Below are positions 17,936 to 28,486 of a stretch of DNA of 64,000 nucleotides, in pieces. Both the position numbers and the translations under genes were made by a program. The notes under the pieces were generated by a model. It saw nothing but the letters and a program-made list of their open reading frames with translations. It ran no database searches and was not told the DNA's origin. Source of the DNA: Candidatus Hydrogenedentota bacterium (GTDB lineage Bacteria; Hydrogenedentota; Hydrogenedentia; Hydrogenedentales; SLHB01). Location of the stretch: positions 128,001-192,000 of the forward strand of contig CAXXYE010000009.1 of NCBI GenBank assembly GCA_963674865.2, read 5' to 3'. Each line of letters starts with the position of its first letter. Positions within the stretch are counted from its first letter, which is position 1.

Positions 17936-19148
17936 CTGGATTCAATGAGCAAGTGCAACGGCGTGTAGCTTGAAGACTTCGTTAGGAGTTCGGTATCCCA
18001 GTTTTTTGCGTGGCCTGTTGTTAAGTTGACGGACGTAGCTTTGGAGCTGGCTTTCGGCAATTTCCCTGAAGTTGGTGTTCTTGGGGAGATACTGGCGTAG
18101 GAGGCCGTTGGTGTTTTCGTTGGTGCCGCGCTCGTAGGCGGCATAGGGATTGGCGAAGTAGGTGTCGAGGCCCAAGACCTCGGCGATGTGTCTGTGGTGA
18201 GCGAATTCGCTGCCGTTATCGAAGGTGATGGTCTTTGTCCAGTGGGCGGGCAGGTGCCTGAGTTGGTCGATGGCAGCCTGGGCGACGCCGTCGGCATGAC
18301 GGGAGCCGAGCAGTGCGGCCCGTAGCAGCAAGGACTTACGTTCCACCAGGGTAAGCACGGCGCCCTGTTGGTTGGCCCCGACGAGTAGATCTCCTTCCCA
18401 ATCCCCGTAGCGCTTTCGGGTGGCGACCTCGGGCGGCCGGGCCTCGATGCCGACGCGATTGGGAATGAAGGGCCTCGTGGGGCGGCGCTCCCCGCGTTTG
18501 CGGCGGCGCGGCCGCCGGCGTCGAAGACAACCGATCAAGGGATTGCCTAGCTTTTCATCGGTGTACAACGAGCGGTAGATGGTCTCGGGACTGACGCGCA
18601 TGCGCGGTTGGCCGGGGAAATCCAGCCAGAGGCGGCCCGCAATCTGCTCCGGCGACCATCCTTCCGTCATCTTGTCGAAGAGATAGCGCCGTAACGCCGG
18701 CTCACTGAGCGAGGTGGTTCTTCGGCAAGTCTTGCGGACCTGCTCGTATCGTTTCTGGGCGCGCGCCGCGGAATATGCCTTGGACGGGGCCCGATTCCGA
18801 GCCAGTTCCCGGCACACCGTCGAGGCGCTACGGCCCAACTGGACGGCAATGGCCCGTTGACTCAGCCCTTGGCTAAGCCATGCTTGTATCTGTCCGCGTT
18901 CCATTGGTGTAAGATGGCGATAGGGCATCGAGACTCCTTTCGGTTCTTGGTTCGTGCAAAAAACCAGTGTACCGAACGGATTCCTCGATGCCTTCCTTGT
19001 TCTGTCTGCCTTGTGCTCAGAACTCACCTACAGCAAAGGGGGGCCCTTCCCGCTGTCGCCGTCCGCCGCCGCTCAGGGGTGAGCGACGAACGGCTCCGAC
19101 GGGAAAGGGCACTCACCCAACCATGTTGCACTTACAATAAGAACTCAG
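17936..19148 (-). mobile_element. IS30-family insertion sequence (about 1.2 kb)
   Basis: 24-bp imperfect TIRs CTGGATTCAATGAGCAAGTGCAAC / CTGAGTTCTTATTGTAAGTGCAAC (reverse complement), GG(G) flanking direct repeat, contains transposase. Confidence 0.9.
17942..18928 (-). CDS. IS30-family DDE transposase
   Basis: N-terminal HTH (YRHLTPMERGQI...LGRSASTVCRELARN), WSPEQI, GDWEGD, TFDNGSEF, ERGTNENTNGLLRQYLPK, LNNRPRKKLGYRTP. Confidence 0.95.
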   Translation of the reverse strand: MPYRHLTPMERGQIQAWLSQGLSQRAIAVQLGRSASTVCRELARNRAPSKAYSAARAQKRYEQVRKTCRRTTSLSEPALRRYLFDKMTEGWSPEQIAGRLWLDFPGQPRMRVSPETIYRSLYTDEKLGNPLIGCLRRRRPRRRKRGERRPTRPFIPNRVGIEARPPEVATRKRYGDWEGDLLVGANQQGAVLTLVERKSLLLRAALLGSRHADGVAQAAIDQLRHLPAHWTKTITFDNGSEFAHHRHIAEVLGLDTYFANPYAAYERGTNENTNGLLRQYLPKNTNFREIAESQLQSYVRQLNNRPRKKLGYRTPNEVFKLHAVALAH

Positions 19149-19306
19149 GGGCGGTGCCGCACTTGGCTCAGGCGGGCGGCGTGAGCTAAAATCCCATTGC
19201 TCGGCGGAACGGATCTTCTTGAGTTGCGGGCCGGGCGCTGAGAGTCTCCGAAATCCCAAGAGGGTGCGCGTCAGCGCCCCCAAACGCGATCCGAAGGAAG
19301 TGAAAA

Positions 19307-19966
19307 ATGCTACAGGATGGTGAGAAGGGCGTAATCATCCAGAGAGACAAGCAAACGTACGCGGTGGCGCCGCACCTCCCATGCGGCGTGGTGACACCCG
19401 AGATGCTCCGCAAGCTCGCGGATGTGGCGGAGAAGTACGAAGCCGCGGCGCTGAAAGTTACCAGCGCGGCGCGCGTGGCCATCGTGGGCCTCAAAGAGGA
19501 AGACATTGACAACGTTTGGGCGGAGCTTGGCGCCGCGCCGGGCGCAACAGTAGGCCTGTGCGTCCGCAGCGTCAAGGCGTGTCCCGGGACAACCTTCTGC
19601 AAACGCGGCATGCAAGACAGCCTCAGCGTGGGGATGAAGCTCGACGAGAAATACCACGGCGTCGAGATGCCGGGCAAGCTGAAACTGGGCGTCAGCGGCT
19701 GCCCGAACCAGTGCGCCGAAACGTGCATCAAGGACGTTGGCCTCGTCGGAACCAAAAGCGGCTGGCGCGTCCTTGTCGGCGGCAACGGCGGAGGCCGGCC
19801 GCGCCTATCGCAGGAACTTGTTCGCGATTTGTCCGAAGAGGAGGCGCTGGCACTCGTGGACAAGATCCTCGACTACTTCAAGGCAAACGCCAAGCCGCAC
19901 CAACGCCTGGGCGCCATGATCGAGAAGATCGGATTTGAGGCCTTCAAAGAAGCTATATTGGATTAG
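19307..19966 (+). CDS. Small nitrite/sulfite reductase-like protein (ferredoxin-like half plus siroheme/4Fe-4S domain)
   Basis: VKACPGTTFC and GVSGCPNQC cysteine motifs, DVGLVG, VLVGG. Confidence 0.8.
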   Translation: MLQDGEKGVIIQRDKQTYAVAPHLPCGVVTPEMLRKLADVAEKYEAAALKVTSAARVAIVGLKEEDIDNVWAELGAAPGATVGLCVRSVKACPGTTFCKRGMQDSLSVGMKLDEKYHGVEMPGKLKLGVSGCPNQCAETCIKDVGLVGTKSGWRVLVGGNGGGRPRLSQELVRDLSEEEALALVDKILDYFKANAKPHQRLGAMIEKIGFEAFKEAILD

Positions 19967-20275
19967 AGCTTGCCGTCATCGCCGGATAACTCGCACGCGC
20001 CGCGCACACGGTGCTCTAAGACGGCCCCATCTCTTGAGACATTCTCACCAACGAGTGAAGACACTGGATTCGCTAATGGCTTCACTTCAAATGACTTGAC
20101 GCGCGGCGCAATTGGCAACCCGGCCACCGAGGAGCTTGCTTTCATCTTCGGTACCTTTTTGTGATACTTTAGTGCGAGGCCGTGCTATTCTGATGTAAGT
20201 TTTGTCGATTCTCACGGGGCCGCTTGGCCGGTGTCGGACAGGTTGGCCGTGCGTGATAGGGCGGAAAGAGGAAGG

Positions 20276-21877
20276 ATGGGCGTGATGATTAAGAAGAATC
20301 AGAAGATCTACCTGATCACTAACGGAGATTTCCGGGAAGCGGCAGGCGTCGAAACGTGGCCCAAGCAGGCGGAGACACTGCGCGCCGTGAAGGCGGCATT
20401 CAAGAAACTGGGCTACACGACGGAATCCCTGCCTCGATACGACGCCAAGCGCAAGCATGGCTTCATGACGAAGCAGTGCGAGGGCGCCGCGGTGTTCTCG
20501 AAGATCGACCCCGAAGCGCCGGTTGTGGTCGTGCTGGCGAGTTGGGTCTATGCCCACCATGTCGCAGGTCCCCTGCTCACCCACAAAGGGCCGATCCTTC
20601 TTCTCGCCAACTTCGACGGCACGTATCCGGGGCTCGTCGCCCTGCTGTGCCATGCCGCGTCCTTCGAGCGCCTCAGTATCAAACACTCGCGCTTGTGGAG
20701 CGATAACTTCGCCAAGGATGAGACGTTCATGAAGCGCCTCAGCGAGTGGTGCAAGACCGGCACAATCAAGCACAGCATGGCCCACCTCACGGACGCAGCC
20801 AAGCTGAAGCTGTCGAGCAAGGCGAACGCGTTCGGCAAGGAACTGGCCGCGGATATCATGCAAAACAAGCGCATCATGGGGCAGTTCGATCCCGGATGCA
20901 TGGGCATGATGAACGCCGTCATGGACCCGGCCAAACTGGGCGCCATCGGCATGCCCATCGAGCTGCTCAACCAGTCCGACCTGCTCGCCGAAATGGCCCT
21001 CGTGAGCGATCGGGAAGCCCAGAGCAACCTGAATTGGCTCGTGAGAAAAGGCACGAATTTCCACTGGGGCACGGACGGCTCGAAGGAACTCGTGCACGGC
21101 CAAGTCTTCGAGCAGATGAAGATGTACTCGGCCGCCGGCCGCATCTTCAACCGCTACGGCCTCAGCGCCATGGGCATTCCGTACCAGTACGGCCTCGTGC
21201 GGTGCTGCGCGGCGTCGGACCTCGTTGAGGGCATGCTCAATAACTCCGAACGGCCCAACATCAAGGATCCGGAAACAAAGGAGATCGTCAACAAGGGCAA
21301 ACCCATTGCCCACTTCAACGAAGGCGACATCGGCGCGGGTGTGCCGCAGGCATTGATGAACGACATCTACCAAGCCAAAGGCATGCCGCCCGAGACGACA
21401 CTCCACGACGTGCGGTGGGGCACGGAAGTGGACGGGAAGTTCGTATGGGTCTTCCTGATTTCCGGCGGCGCGCCGCCCGCCCATTTCGGCGGATGGAAGA
21501 ACACGCACGTGTACCGCCAGCCCACGATGTACTTCCCCCTTGGCGGCGGTACCTGCTCCGGCGTCTCCCGTCCCGGCGTGATCACCTGGGCGCGCTTCTA
21601 CGAGGCATTCGGGAAGATCGGCCTCGACTGCGGCACGGGCGAAGTCCTCGACCTCCCCGATGACGAACTCAACAACCGCCTGCAGAAGACAAATCCTGAA
21701 TGGCCTATCGCCAACGTCTACATGCCGGGCTACGAGCGGGATGAATTGATGGCATCGCACATGTCGAACCACATCGTGATCGGCTACGGCGACATTCTCC
21801 AGGAACTGGTGGCCACCGCCTTGCACCTGGGCATCCCTACGCGCGTCGCCGGCGACGCCCGGAATGCCATGCGGTAA
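20276..21877 (+). CDS. L-fucose/L-arabinose isomerase-like protein
   Basis: ANFDGTYPGLV, GCMGM, GIPYQYG, HFNEGD, TTLHDVRWG, ITWAR, NHIVIGY. Confidence 0.7.
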   Translation: MGVMIKKNQKIYLITNGDFREAAGVETWPKQAETLRAVKAAFKKLGYTTESLPRYDAKRKHGFMTKQCEGAAVFSKIDPEAPVVVVLASWVYAHHVAGPLLTHKGPILLLANFDGTYPGLVALLCHAASFERLSIKHSRLWSDNFAKDETFMKRLSEWCKTGTIKHSMAHLTDAAKLKLSSKANAFGKELAADIMQNKRIMGQFDPGCMGMMNAVMDPAKLGAIGMPIELLNQSDLLAEMALVSDREAQSNLNWLVRKGTNFHWGTDGSKELVHGQVFEQMKMYSAAGRIFNRYGLSAMGIPYQYGLVRCCAASDLVEGMLNNSERPNIKDPETKEIVNKGKPIAHFNEGDIGAGVPQALMNDIYQAKGMPPETTLHDVRWGTEVDGKFVWVFLISGGAPPAHFGGWKNTHVYRQPTMYFPLGGGTCSGVSRPGVITWARFYEAFGKIGLDCGTGEVLDLPDDELNNRLQKTNPEWPIANVYMPGYERDELMASHMSNHIVIGYGDILQELVATALHLGIPTRVAGDARNAMR

Positions 21878-21953
21878 TTCGATTGCGGCATTCGGCGGCC
21901 AGCATCCAGGTTATCGGCTTGGGCTGGCCGCCGAGTTTTTCCGAGTGAGGGAA

Positions 21954-23294
21954 ATGATGACCTCTTCACGAAGGCAGCTTGAAGCACAACTCGATGACTT
22001 CAACGCCGCGAAGCGGCGGGACGCACTTGATGGGTTGATGAAACTCGCGGCAGCGGGGGAGATTACACTCCCCGCGCCCGGCAAGGCCGTCAACCTCCAT
22101 TGCCACACCTTCTTCTCATTCAACGGCTATGGATATTCGCCCACCTCCTTCGCCTGGCGCGCCCGATGCGCTGGCCTTGCCGTGGCGGGCATTGTCGATT
22201 TCGACGTGCTCGACGCCGTGGATGAGTTCCTCGACGCAAGCCGCCGGCTCGGACTCCGCGGCTGTGCGGGCATCGAGACGCGCATCTTCCTGCCGGAGTT
22301 TCACTCCCGGGAATTGAATTCGCCGGGCGAGCCGGGCATCGCCTACTACATGGGCGTTGGATTTACCTCGTGCCAAGTCGCCCAGCCGGCTTTGCTGGAT
22401 AAGCTCAGGGAGATCGCGCGCACGCGGAATCTGGGCGTGCTGTCACGCGTCAATCCGTATCTGGAACCAGTGGCCATCGACTATGAAGACGACGTCATTC
22501 CACTGACGCCCAAGGGCAATGCCACGGAGCGCCACCTCTGTGCCGCCTACGAAGCCAAGGCAGAGAGCGTCTTCCCCGATGATTCCGAGCGCGCGGCGTT
22601 CTGGGCCGCGAAACTCGGGCGCGAGCCCGGCGATATTCTGAAGTTGTTCCCGGATTCGCCCTCATTTCAGGGACTTATCCGCTCGAAGACGATGAAGATG
22701 GGAGGGGTGGGTTACGTCCAGCCTGATGGGACAGCCTTCCCGCGTCTTGATGAGGTCAACGAGTTTATCCTGGCGGCAGGGGCGATTCCCGCCTATGCGT
22801 GGCTGAATGGCCTTACGCCGGGTGAGCAGGCCGTCGAGGAGTTGCTCGACCTGCTCCAGGAGGCGGGTACGGCGGCCATCAACATCATTCCCGATCGCAA
22901 CTGGAACATCGCCGATGCCGATAAGCGAAAGACCAAGGCCGAAAGCCTTCACGCCTTCGCCGAAATTGTTCAGAGTCGCGACCTGCCCATCGTGGTTGGT
23001 ACGGAAATGAACGCCTACGGCCAGAAGTTCGTGGACGAATTCGACGCCCCCGAACTTGCCCCGCTTGCTCCCGTGTTTCTCGAAGGCGCCTACACGCTAT
23101 ACGGCCATACGATACTTCAAGCGGCACAGGGCATGGGATATACGAGCGATTGGGCGCGCCGCCATTTCGACAGCGCCAAGGCCAAGAACGCCTTCTTCGC
23201 GCGCATAGGCGGGCGCGTCGATCCCGCGGCGGACTTGCCGGACCTCACCGCCGCCATGCCCGCCGAAGACGTACTGAGCGCGCTCGGATTATAG
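21954..23294 (+). CDS. PHP-domain metal-dependent phosphoesterase-like protein
   Basis: NLHCHTFFS, GIVDFD, GIETR, GTEMN. Confidence 0.65.
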   Translation: MMTSSRRQLEAQLDDFNAAKRRDALDGLMKLAAAGEITLPAPGKAVNLHCHTFFSFNGYGYSPTSFAWRARCAGLAVAGIVDFDVLDAVDEFLDASRRLGLRGCAGIETRIFLPEFHSRELNSPGEPGIAYYMGVGFTSCQVAQPALLDKLREIARTRNLGVLSRVNPYLEPVAIDYEDDVIPLTPKGNATERHLCAAYEAKAESVFPDDSERAAFWAAKLGREPGDILKLFPDSPSFQGLIRSKTMKMGGVGYVQPDGTAFPRLDEVNEFILAAGAIPAYAWLNGLTPGEQAVEELLDLLQEAGTAAINIIPDRNWNIADADKRKTKAESLHAFAEIVQSRDLPIVVGTEMNAYGQKFVDEFDAPELAPLAPVFLEGAYTLYGHTILQAAQGMGYTSDWARRHFDSAKAKNAFFARIGGRVDPAADLPDLTAAMPAEDVLSALGL

Positions 23295-23310
23295 AGTCCC
23301 GCCCTCCGGC

Positions 23311-26300
23311 TCAGCTTGGCGTTTCGCCTTCGGGCGACGGCGCGGCGGAAACAGCGGGCCGCTTTTCCATTCGGATGAAGAACATTAGCAGCGCCGGAAT
23401 CATGAAGACGGTGAAGATCGTCGAGAAGGCCAGCCCCCCGAGAACAACGCTCCCCAAGCCTCTGTACAACTCCGAGCCCGGGCCCGGCCAGACCACAAGC
23501 GGAAGCATACCGAAAACGCTCGTGGTCATGCTCATGTAGATCGGGCGGATTCGGGTGCGCGTTGCCTCGAGAACCGCGTCCTTGTAGTCCATGCCTCCCT
23601 CGCGGACGTTGTTCAGCGACTGATAGACGATCAAGATGGCGTTGTTGACCACGACGCCGATAAGGATGATGAAGCCCAGCATCGTCAGCACATCGAGTGG
23701 CTGCGGCGCGATGAGTAGATTGACCAGTTTCAGACCGATCAGTCCGCCCGCCGCCGCTAAGGGCAGTGTAAACATGATGACGAAGGGGTAGATGAAGTTC
23801 CCGAACAGGGCCGACATCAGGAGGTAGATAATCATCGCCGCCAGCACGAAATTCCACTGAAGCGAGCGGCGGGTTTCGGTAAGCTTGTCGGCGGTTCCAC
23901 TCATTCCGAAGTCCACATTCTCCAACAGCCCCATGGCGCTAACCTTCGGCAGGATATCACGCTGGATGACCTCCATCGCCTCTTGAACCGTCATCTCCTC
24001 CGGGGGCGTCACCTGAAGCGAAATCGTCCGGTTTCGCTCAAGATGCCGAACCTCCGTGAGGCCCGTTGCATCTACACGTTTCGCCAGGGATGAAACGGGC
24101 ACCGAGCCTCCCTTCGGTGTCACCATCAACGCGTTGGCCAACTCTTCCGGCGTCGAGAACTCGGTGTCCGCGGCCTTGACGACAAGGTTGATCTTCTTCT
24201 CGCCCTCCTGCTTGAAGTCGCCGATGTCGCGTCCGTCCATGAGCACGTCGATCCCGATCCCGAGCTGCCGCGCCGTCATGCCTACCGCGCGCAGCCGCTC
24301 CTGCAACGGCTCGAAATTCGCCTCACGAAATGAAAGGTCCAGGGAAGGCACCGGGCGCACCTGGGCGCCGGGAATATCCTGCATGATAACGCCGAACATC
24401 GCCCCGGCCCCGGCCACGAGTTCATTGATGTCGTTCCCGCTGAAGTCCACGTCAAGGGTGCGGCCCTTCCCGAGGCCCGTCTGAAACACCCCCGCCTGAT
24501 TGGTGATACTGAATACGCCCGGAATTCCCGACAATCCCTCGCGGCAGAGAGGAAGCAGCTCACGGGTGCGCTGCTGATCACGACTGATGACGCCGAGAAT
24601 CATGAACTGCTGGAGGCCGACATAAAAGATGTGGTCAATACCTGGGTAGCCCTCGTAGCCGGCCTCGTAGTAAGGATGGAAGAATTTGAAGACATCCTCG
24701 CCGATATCCGCCCGCTCCTCGTATGACAGCCCGGGCGGCGGGATGAGAATATTGATGATGAGATCCCGGTTGCCTTGCGGCAGATACTCCATCTTCGGCA
24801 TCAGGCTGATCGCGATGACCAGTGCCCCGGCGCCCAACGCAGCCGCCGTAACCAATCGTGTGAACGCATTGCGCAAGATCAGGCGAAGGGCTCCCATGAC
24901 GAAGCCGCTCAAGGTTCGCCCAAGACCTTCCAATGCCACGGCGAGGGGAAACCGCCGCTTGCCGCGCCGCCCGTTGCCGTTGGTGTCACTCCAACTGAAC
25001 AGCCGTTTAGAAAACATGGGGATGACGGTCATCGACACCACCAGGCTCAACGCCACAGCGCCGGACACGGCAATGGCAATGTCGCGGAAGAGCTGCCCCG
25101 CCTCATCCTGAAGAAAAACGACCGGCAGGAAGACGGCGATCGTCGTCAACGACGAAGCCAAGACCGCGCCCCACACCTCGCGTGTACCTTCATAGGCCGC
25201 GTCCAAAGCGGACTTGCCCATGCTTCGATGGCGGTCGATGTTCTCGAGAACGACAATCGCGTTATCCACAAGCATCCCGACGGCGAAAGCGATCCCGGCA
25301 AGACTGACGATGTTGAGCGTGCTGCCCCCGGCCCGCATGAAGAGGAAGGTGCCGATGATGCTGATAGGAATCGCGGTCGATACGACGATTGTCGGAGAGA
25401 TCCTGCGCAAGAACACCAGCAGCACGCACACGGCCAGCGCGCCGCCCAGGAGAATCTCCTTCTGCAATAGACGGATGGAGCCACGAATGTATGGCCGCTG
25501 CTCGTTGAGCATATCCAAGCGAAGCTGCTCCCGCGTCAGCTTCCCCTCGTTCAGTTTGCGGACCACTTCCTCGACCCGATCCGTAAGCTCGAGGACATTG
25601 GTATTCGGCTCGGGACGCACCCCCATGGCGATCCCGGCCTCCCCGTCCGCCACGACAGGCACGTCGAACTTCGCGTAGCCATACTGGGCCCTGCCCACAT
25701 CGCTCACCGTCACCTGCCGCTCACCGTCGGAGGTCAGAACGACCGCCTCGATATCTTCGGGCGATCGGAATTCCGCCACCGTCCGTACACGGTGATCCCA
25801 GCGCGACACGTCCAGATTGCCCGCCGATATGTTGACGTTCTCCCCGCGAAGCGCATCGATCACCGCATCGATGGTGAGGCCGTAGGCGGCGAGCTTCTCC
25901 GGCTCGACGATGACCTGCATCTCCTGCTCGACACCGCCGCCTATAAAGAGCTCCGCCACGCCCTCGACGCGATCCAGGAACTGCCGGACCTCGTTTTCGA
26001 GATAGGTGCGGTAGGTGTAGACACTGCGCGGATTACCGTCCTGCGTGCGCAACATGAGCCAGATCACAGGGGAGGTTTCGGCGCCCGAGGCGTTCAATAT
26101 CGGTTTATCCACATTCTCGGGATAGGAGGGCACCTCGTCGAGCTTGTTCGAGACGCGCAGCAGAGCATCATTGATCCCCGTGCCGATGCGGAAGCGAAGC
26201 GTCACCTGCCCCCGGCTGTTCGTCGAGTTGCTCTCCATCTCATACAGGCCGGGGATACCCTTCAGGACCTTTTCCTGCTCCTCGATGATATCCCGCTCGA

Positions 26301-26475
26301 TTTCATAGGGCGTTGCGCCCGCCCAGGTCGTGGTCACCGTGATAACCGGTTCCTGAACGTTTGGACTTAACTGGATCGGCAGTTCCAGCATCGAGATAAC
26401 ACCGAAGAGAACGATCAGGATCACGCCCACGATCACGGTGACGGGATTACGAATTGAGAAGTGGATGATGTCCAT
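23311..26475 (-). CDS. RND efflux permease (AcrB/AcrD/AcrF family)
   Basis: GMLVDNAIVVLENI, GVVVNNAIL, TRIRPIYM, multiple TMs, 1054 aa. Confidence 0.95.
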   Translation of the reverse strand: MDIIHFSIRNPVTVIVGVILIVLFGVISMLELPIQLSPNVQEPVITVTTTWAGATPYEIERDIIEEQEKVLKGIPGLYEMESNSTNSRGQVTLRFRIGTGINDALLRVSNKLDEVPSYPENVDKPILNASGAETSPVIWLMLRTQDGNPRSVYTYRTYLENEVRQFLDRVEGVAELFIGGGVEQEMQVIVEPEKLAAYGLTIDAVIDALRGENVNISAGNLDVSRWDHRVRTVAEFRSPEDIEAVVLTSDGERQVTVSDVGRAQYGYAKFDVPVVADGEAGIAMGVRPEPNTNVLELTDRVEEVVRKLNEGKLTREQLRLDMLNEQRPYIRGSIRLLQKEILLGGALAVCVLLVFLRRISPTIVVSTAIPISIIGTFLFMRAGGSTLNIVSLAGIAFAVGMLVDNAIVVLENIDRHRSMGKSALDAAYEGTREVWGAVLASSLTTIAVFLPVVFLQDEAGQLFRDIAIAVSGAVALSLVVSMTVIPMFSKRLFSWSDTNGNGRRGKRRFPLAVALEGLGRTLSGFVMGALRLILRNAFTRLVTAAALGAGALVIAISLMPKMEYLPQGNRDLIINILIPPPGLSYEERADIGEDVFKFFHPYYEAGYEGYPGIDHIFYVGLQQFMILGVISRDQQRTRELLPLCREGLSGIPGVFSITNQAGVFQTGLGKGRTLDVDFSGNDINELVAGAGAMFGVIMQDIPGAQVRPVPSLDLSFREANFEPLQERLRAVGMTARQLGIGIDVLMDGRDIGDFKQEGEKKINLVVKAADTEFSTPEELANALMVTPKGGSVPVSSLAKRVDATGLTEVRHLERNRTISLQVTPPEEMTVQEAMEVIQRDILPKVSAMGLLENVDFGMSGTADKLTETRRSLQWNFVLAAMIIYLLMSALFGNFIYPFVIMFTLPLAAAGGLIGLKLVNLLIAPQPLDVLTMLGFIILIGVVVNNAILIVYQSLNNVREGGMDYKDAVLEATRTRIRPIYMSMTTSVFGMLPLVVWPGPGSELYRGLGSVVLGGLAFSTIFTVFMIPALLMFFIRMEKRPAVSAAPSPEGETPS

Positions 26476-26509
26476 CGTGCCTGCTGCCGCCTCTAAGCCA
26501 TTCCCTTGT

Positions 26510-27553
26510 TCACTCGGCGACCGCCACGGGCTGCCCGTCGCGCAGCCGCTCGTGGCCCTTCGTCACAACCGACATCCCGGCTTGCAGGCCATCCACCTCG
26601 ACGCCCGCCGTTACCCCTTCGTAACCGTGGAGCGTAACCGGAAGCCGCACCGCGACCCCTTCCCGGACGATCACCACAAAGGCCTGCCCCCGATCCAGCA
26701 GAATCGCGTCCCGCGGCACGAGCAGACACTCATGCGGCTTGCCCACAGGCATATTGACCAGCGCCGACATACCTTCGAGCAGCCCGTCCTCCGACTCGAT
26801 GCGGATCTTCACGGGGAATGTTCGCGTAGCCACGTCCCCTCGGGGAATAACGGCCACCACCTTTCCGGACAACGTCCGGCCGCCCGCGGAGACGTCTACC
26901 GGCGCCTCCATCTTCACAAACGGGAGATACTGCTCGGGCAGATTCACGATCACGTCGAACAGGCGATCCCGTGCAACAACAGCCACAGCCTCGCCGCCAT
27001 TCTTCCACTCGCCCAGCTCCGTCCGGCGCTCTAAAACGATTGCGTCGTAGGGGGCGCTGGTAACCTTCTTGGCAATCTCGAGTTCCAGCCGCTCCACTTC
27101 GGCCCGGGCAGCTTCGGCGCGGTGCTCCAACGACTCCATGGTGAACTTGATATCATCGTATTCCTGCGGCGTGGTGACTTCATCCTTGATGAGAAGTTCG
27201 GCCCGCTCCAGACGCACTTCCTCCTGCTCGAGCCTTGTCTGACTCTCGCGATGCGAGGCCCGCGTCGCCCTAAGTTGCGAACGCAGCAGGGAGTCATCAA
27301 GACGAACCAGGGGCTTCCCCGAGGCGAGGTGTTGGCCCTCCTCGAAGAGCACCTCGACCACTTTGCCGCTCACCTCCGTGGCAAGATTCGACACTTCCTT
27401 ATAATACACCGTGCCCTCAAACTGCGCGGTGGGCGCCAGACGGCCAGCCACCACGGACGCTGCCGTAACCTTCGCCGGCGGCATCCCCGGCTGCCCGATG
27501 GCAGCAATGGATATGCCCATGCACGCAGCAAGCGCGGCCGCCCGTTTCCACAT
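26510..27553 (-). CDS. RND periplasmic adaptor (membrane fusion protein)
   Basis: EVSGKVVEVLFEEGQ, APYDA, TRTFPVK, VPRDA, GHERLRDGQPV. Confidence 0.9.
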   Translation of the reverse strand: MWKRAAALAACMGISIAAIGQPGMPPAKVTAASVVAGRLAPTAQFEGTVYYKEVSNLATEVSGKVVEVLFEEGQHLASGKPLVRLDDSLLRSQLRATRASHRESQTRLEQEEVRLERAELLIKDEVTTPQEYDDIKFTMESLEHRAEAARAEVERLELEIAKKVTSAPYDAIVLERRTELGEWKNGGEAVAVVARDRLFDVIVNLPEQYLPFVKMEAPVDVSAGGRTLSGKVVAVIPRGDVATRTFPVKIRIESEDGLLEGMSALVNMPVGKPHECLLVPRDAILLDRGQAFVVIVREGVAVRLPVTLHGYEGVTAGVEVDGLQAGMSVVTKGHERLRDGQPVAVAE

Positions 27554-27985
27554 ACGTCCACTCTCCCTTTTTCGCGCTGGAAAGCCAGGAACGGATACCT
27601 CGGAACTCACCAAGACTCAATGAGAAGCCGCATTGTAACACCTCGACATTCCCTAAAACGAGCAGAGCCTTGGCGTCATGGCAAGCAGATGAGACGTCTC
27701 GCTGAGACGTGGTACGGGCAATCCGGGCAAGCCACGCGGTAGTGGGCGATGGCCGAAGGAGCCATGCCTAGCGTGTCCTGTCCTACAGCGATTTCTATGG
27801 GCCATTTGGCTGGCCTTGAGACAGACACGTATGCTATGATGCGGACGCTGAGTTACCGGTTGTGGATACGTGGTCGGGCGCGTCGGCTGTGGAACCGGGC
27901 CGCCCCACCGGATATAGGTACATAACGGTAGCCTTTGGGCGAGCACGGAGAGCGCGGGGAGAGCCATATGGAAAGGGGTTGGCCC

Positions 27986-28486
27986 ATGATACGTGTTGTA
28001 ACCATTCTCGTCATCGCGGGCATGCTGCTCACGGGATGCCAGACTATTCAGGAGCATCTCCCAAAGCGGAAGACTGCGGAGCCGGTCGAACTCGAGCCTT
28101 TGGACACGGCGGGCGAACCGGCCCCCACCCTCCCGGAACCAGGACTCCAACTGAATACAGAGCAGCGTTTCGCTGACGTTCCGCTACCTGTCGACGTGAA
28201 GCCGGACGAGGCGCGGACCTTCGTTTACGAATCCACATCGCTGCAAGTCGGCCGCATGGTTTACCTTAGCAAGGCCAGCACAACGGAATTGGCCCAGTTC
28301 TACATTCGGGAGGCTCCGTCCGCGGACTGGCTCCTCGAAAACGTCGTAGAAGCAGACGGCGCGGAGCTCGTGTTCACAAAACCCGGCAAGCGCCTGACGG
28401 TAACCATCCGCAAACTGTCGGCGGGCCGTGGTAGACTATTGACCCTGACCCTCATACCTGAAGAGAAACCGGGCAGCGGACTATGA
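27986..28486 (+). CDS. Hypothetical lipoprotein
   Basis: Lipobox LLTGC; stop overlaps next ATG (ATGA). Confidence 0.65.
   Translation: MIRVVTILVIAGMLLTGCQTIQEHLPKRKTAEPVELEPLDTAGEPAPTLPEPGLQLNTEQRFADVPLPVDVKPDEARTFVYESTSLQVGRMVYLSKASTTELAQFYIREAPSADWLLENVVEADGAELVFTKPGKRLTVTIRKLSAGRGRLLTLTLIPEEKPGSGL

Noticed and set aside
23311..27553. RND pump lacking an adjacent outer-membrane factor
   Set aside because: Common arrangement; a TolC-like channel is usually encoded elsewhere.
27764..27925. 53-codon ORF with GAAGGAG SD in the MFP/lipoprotein intergenic gap
   Set aside because: No recognisable pattern, and it overlaps a likely extended -10 (TGCTATGAT) for the downstream operon.
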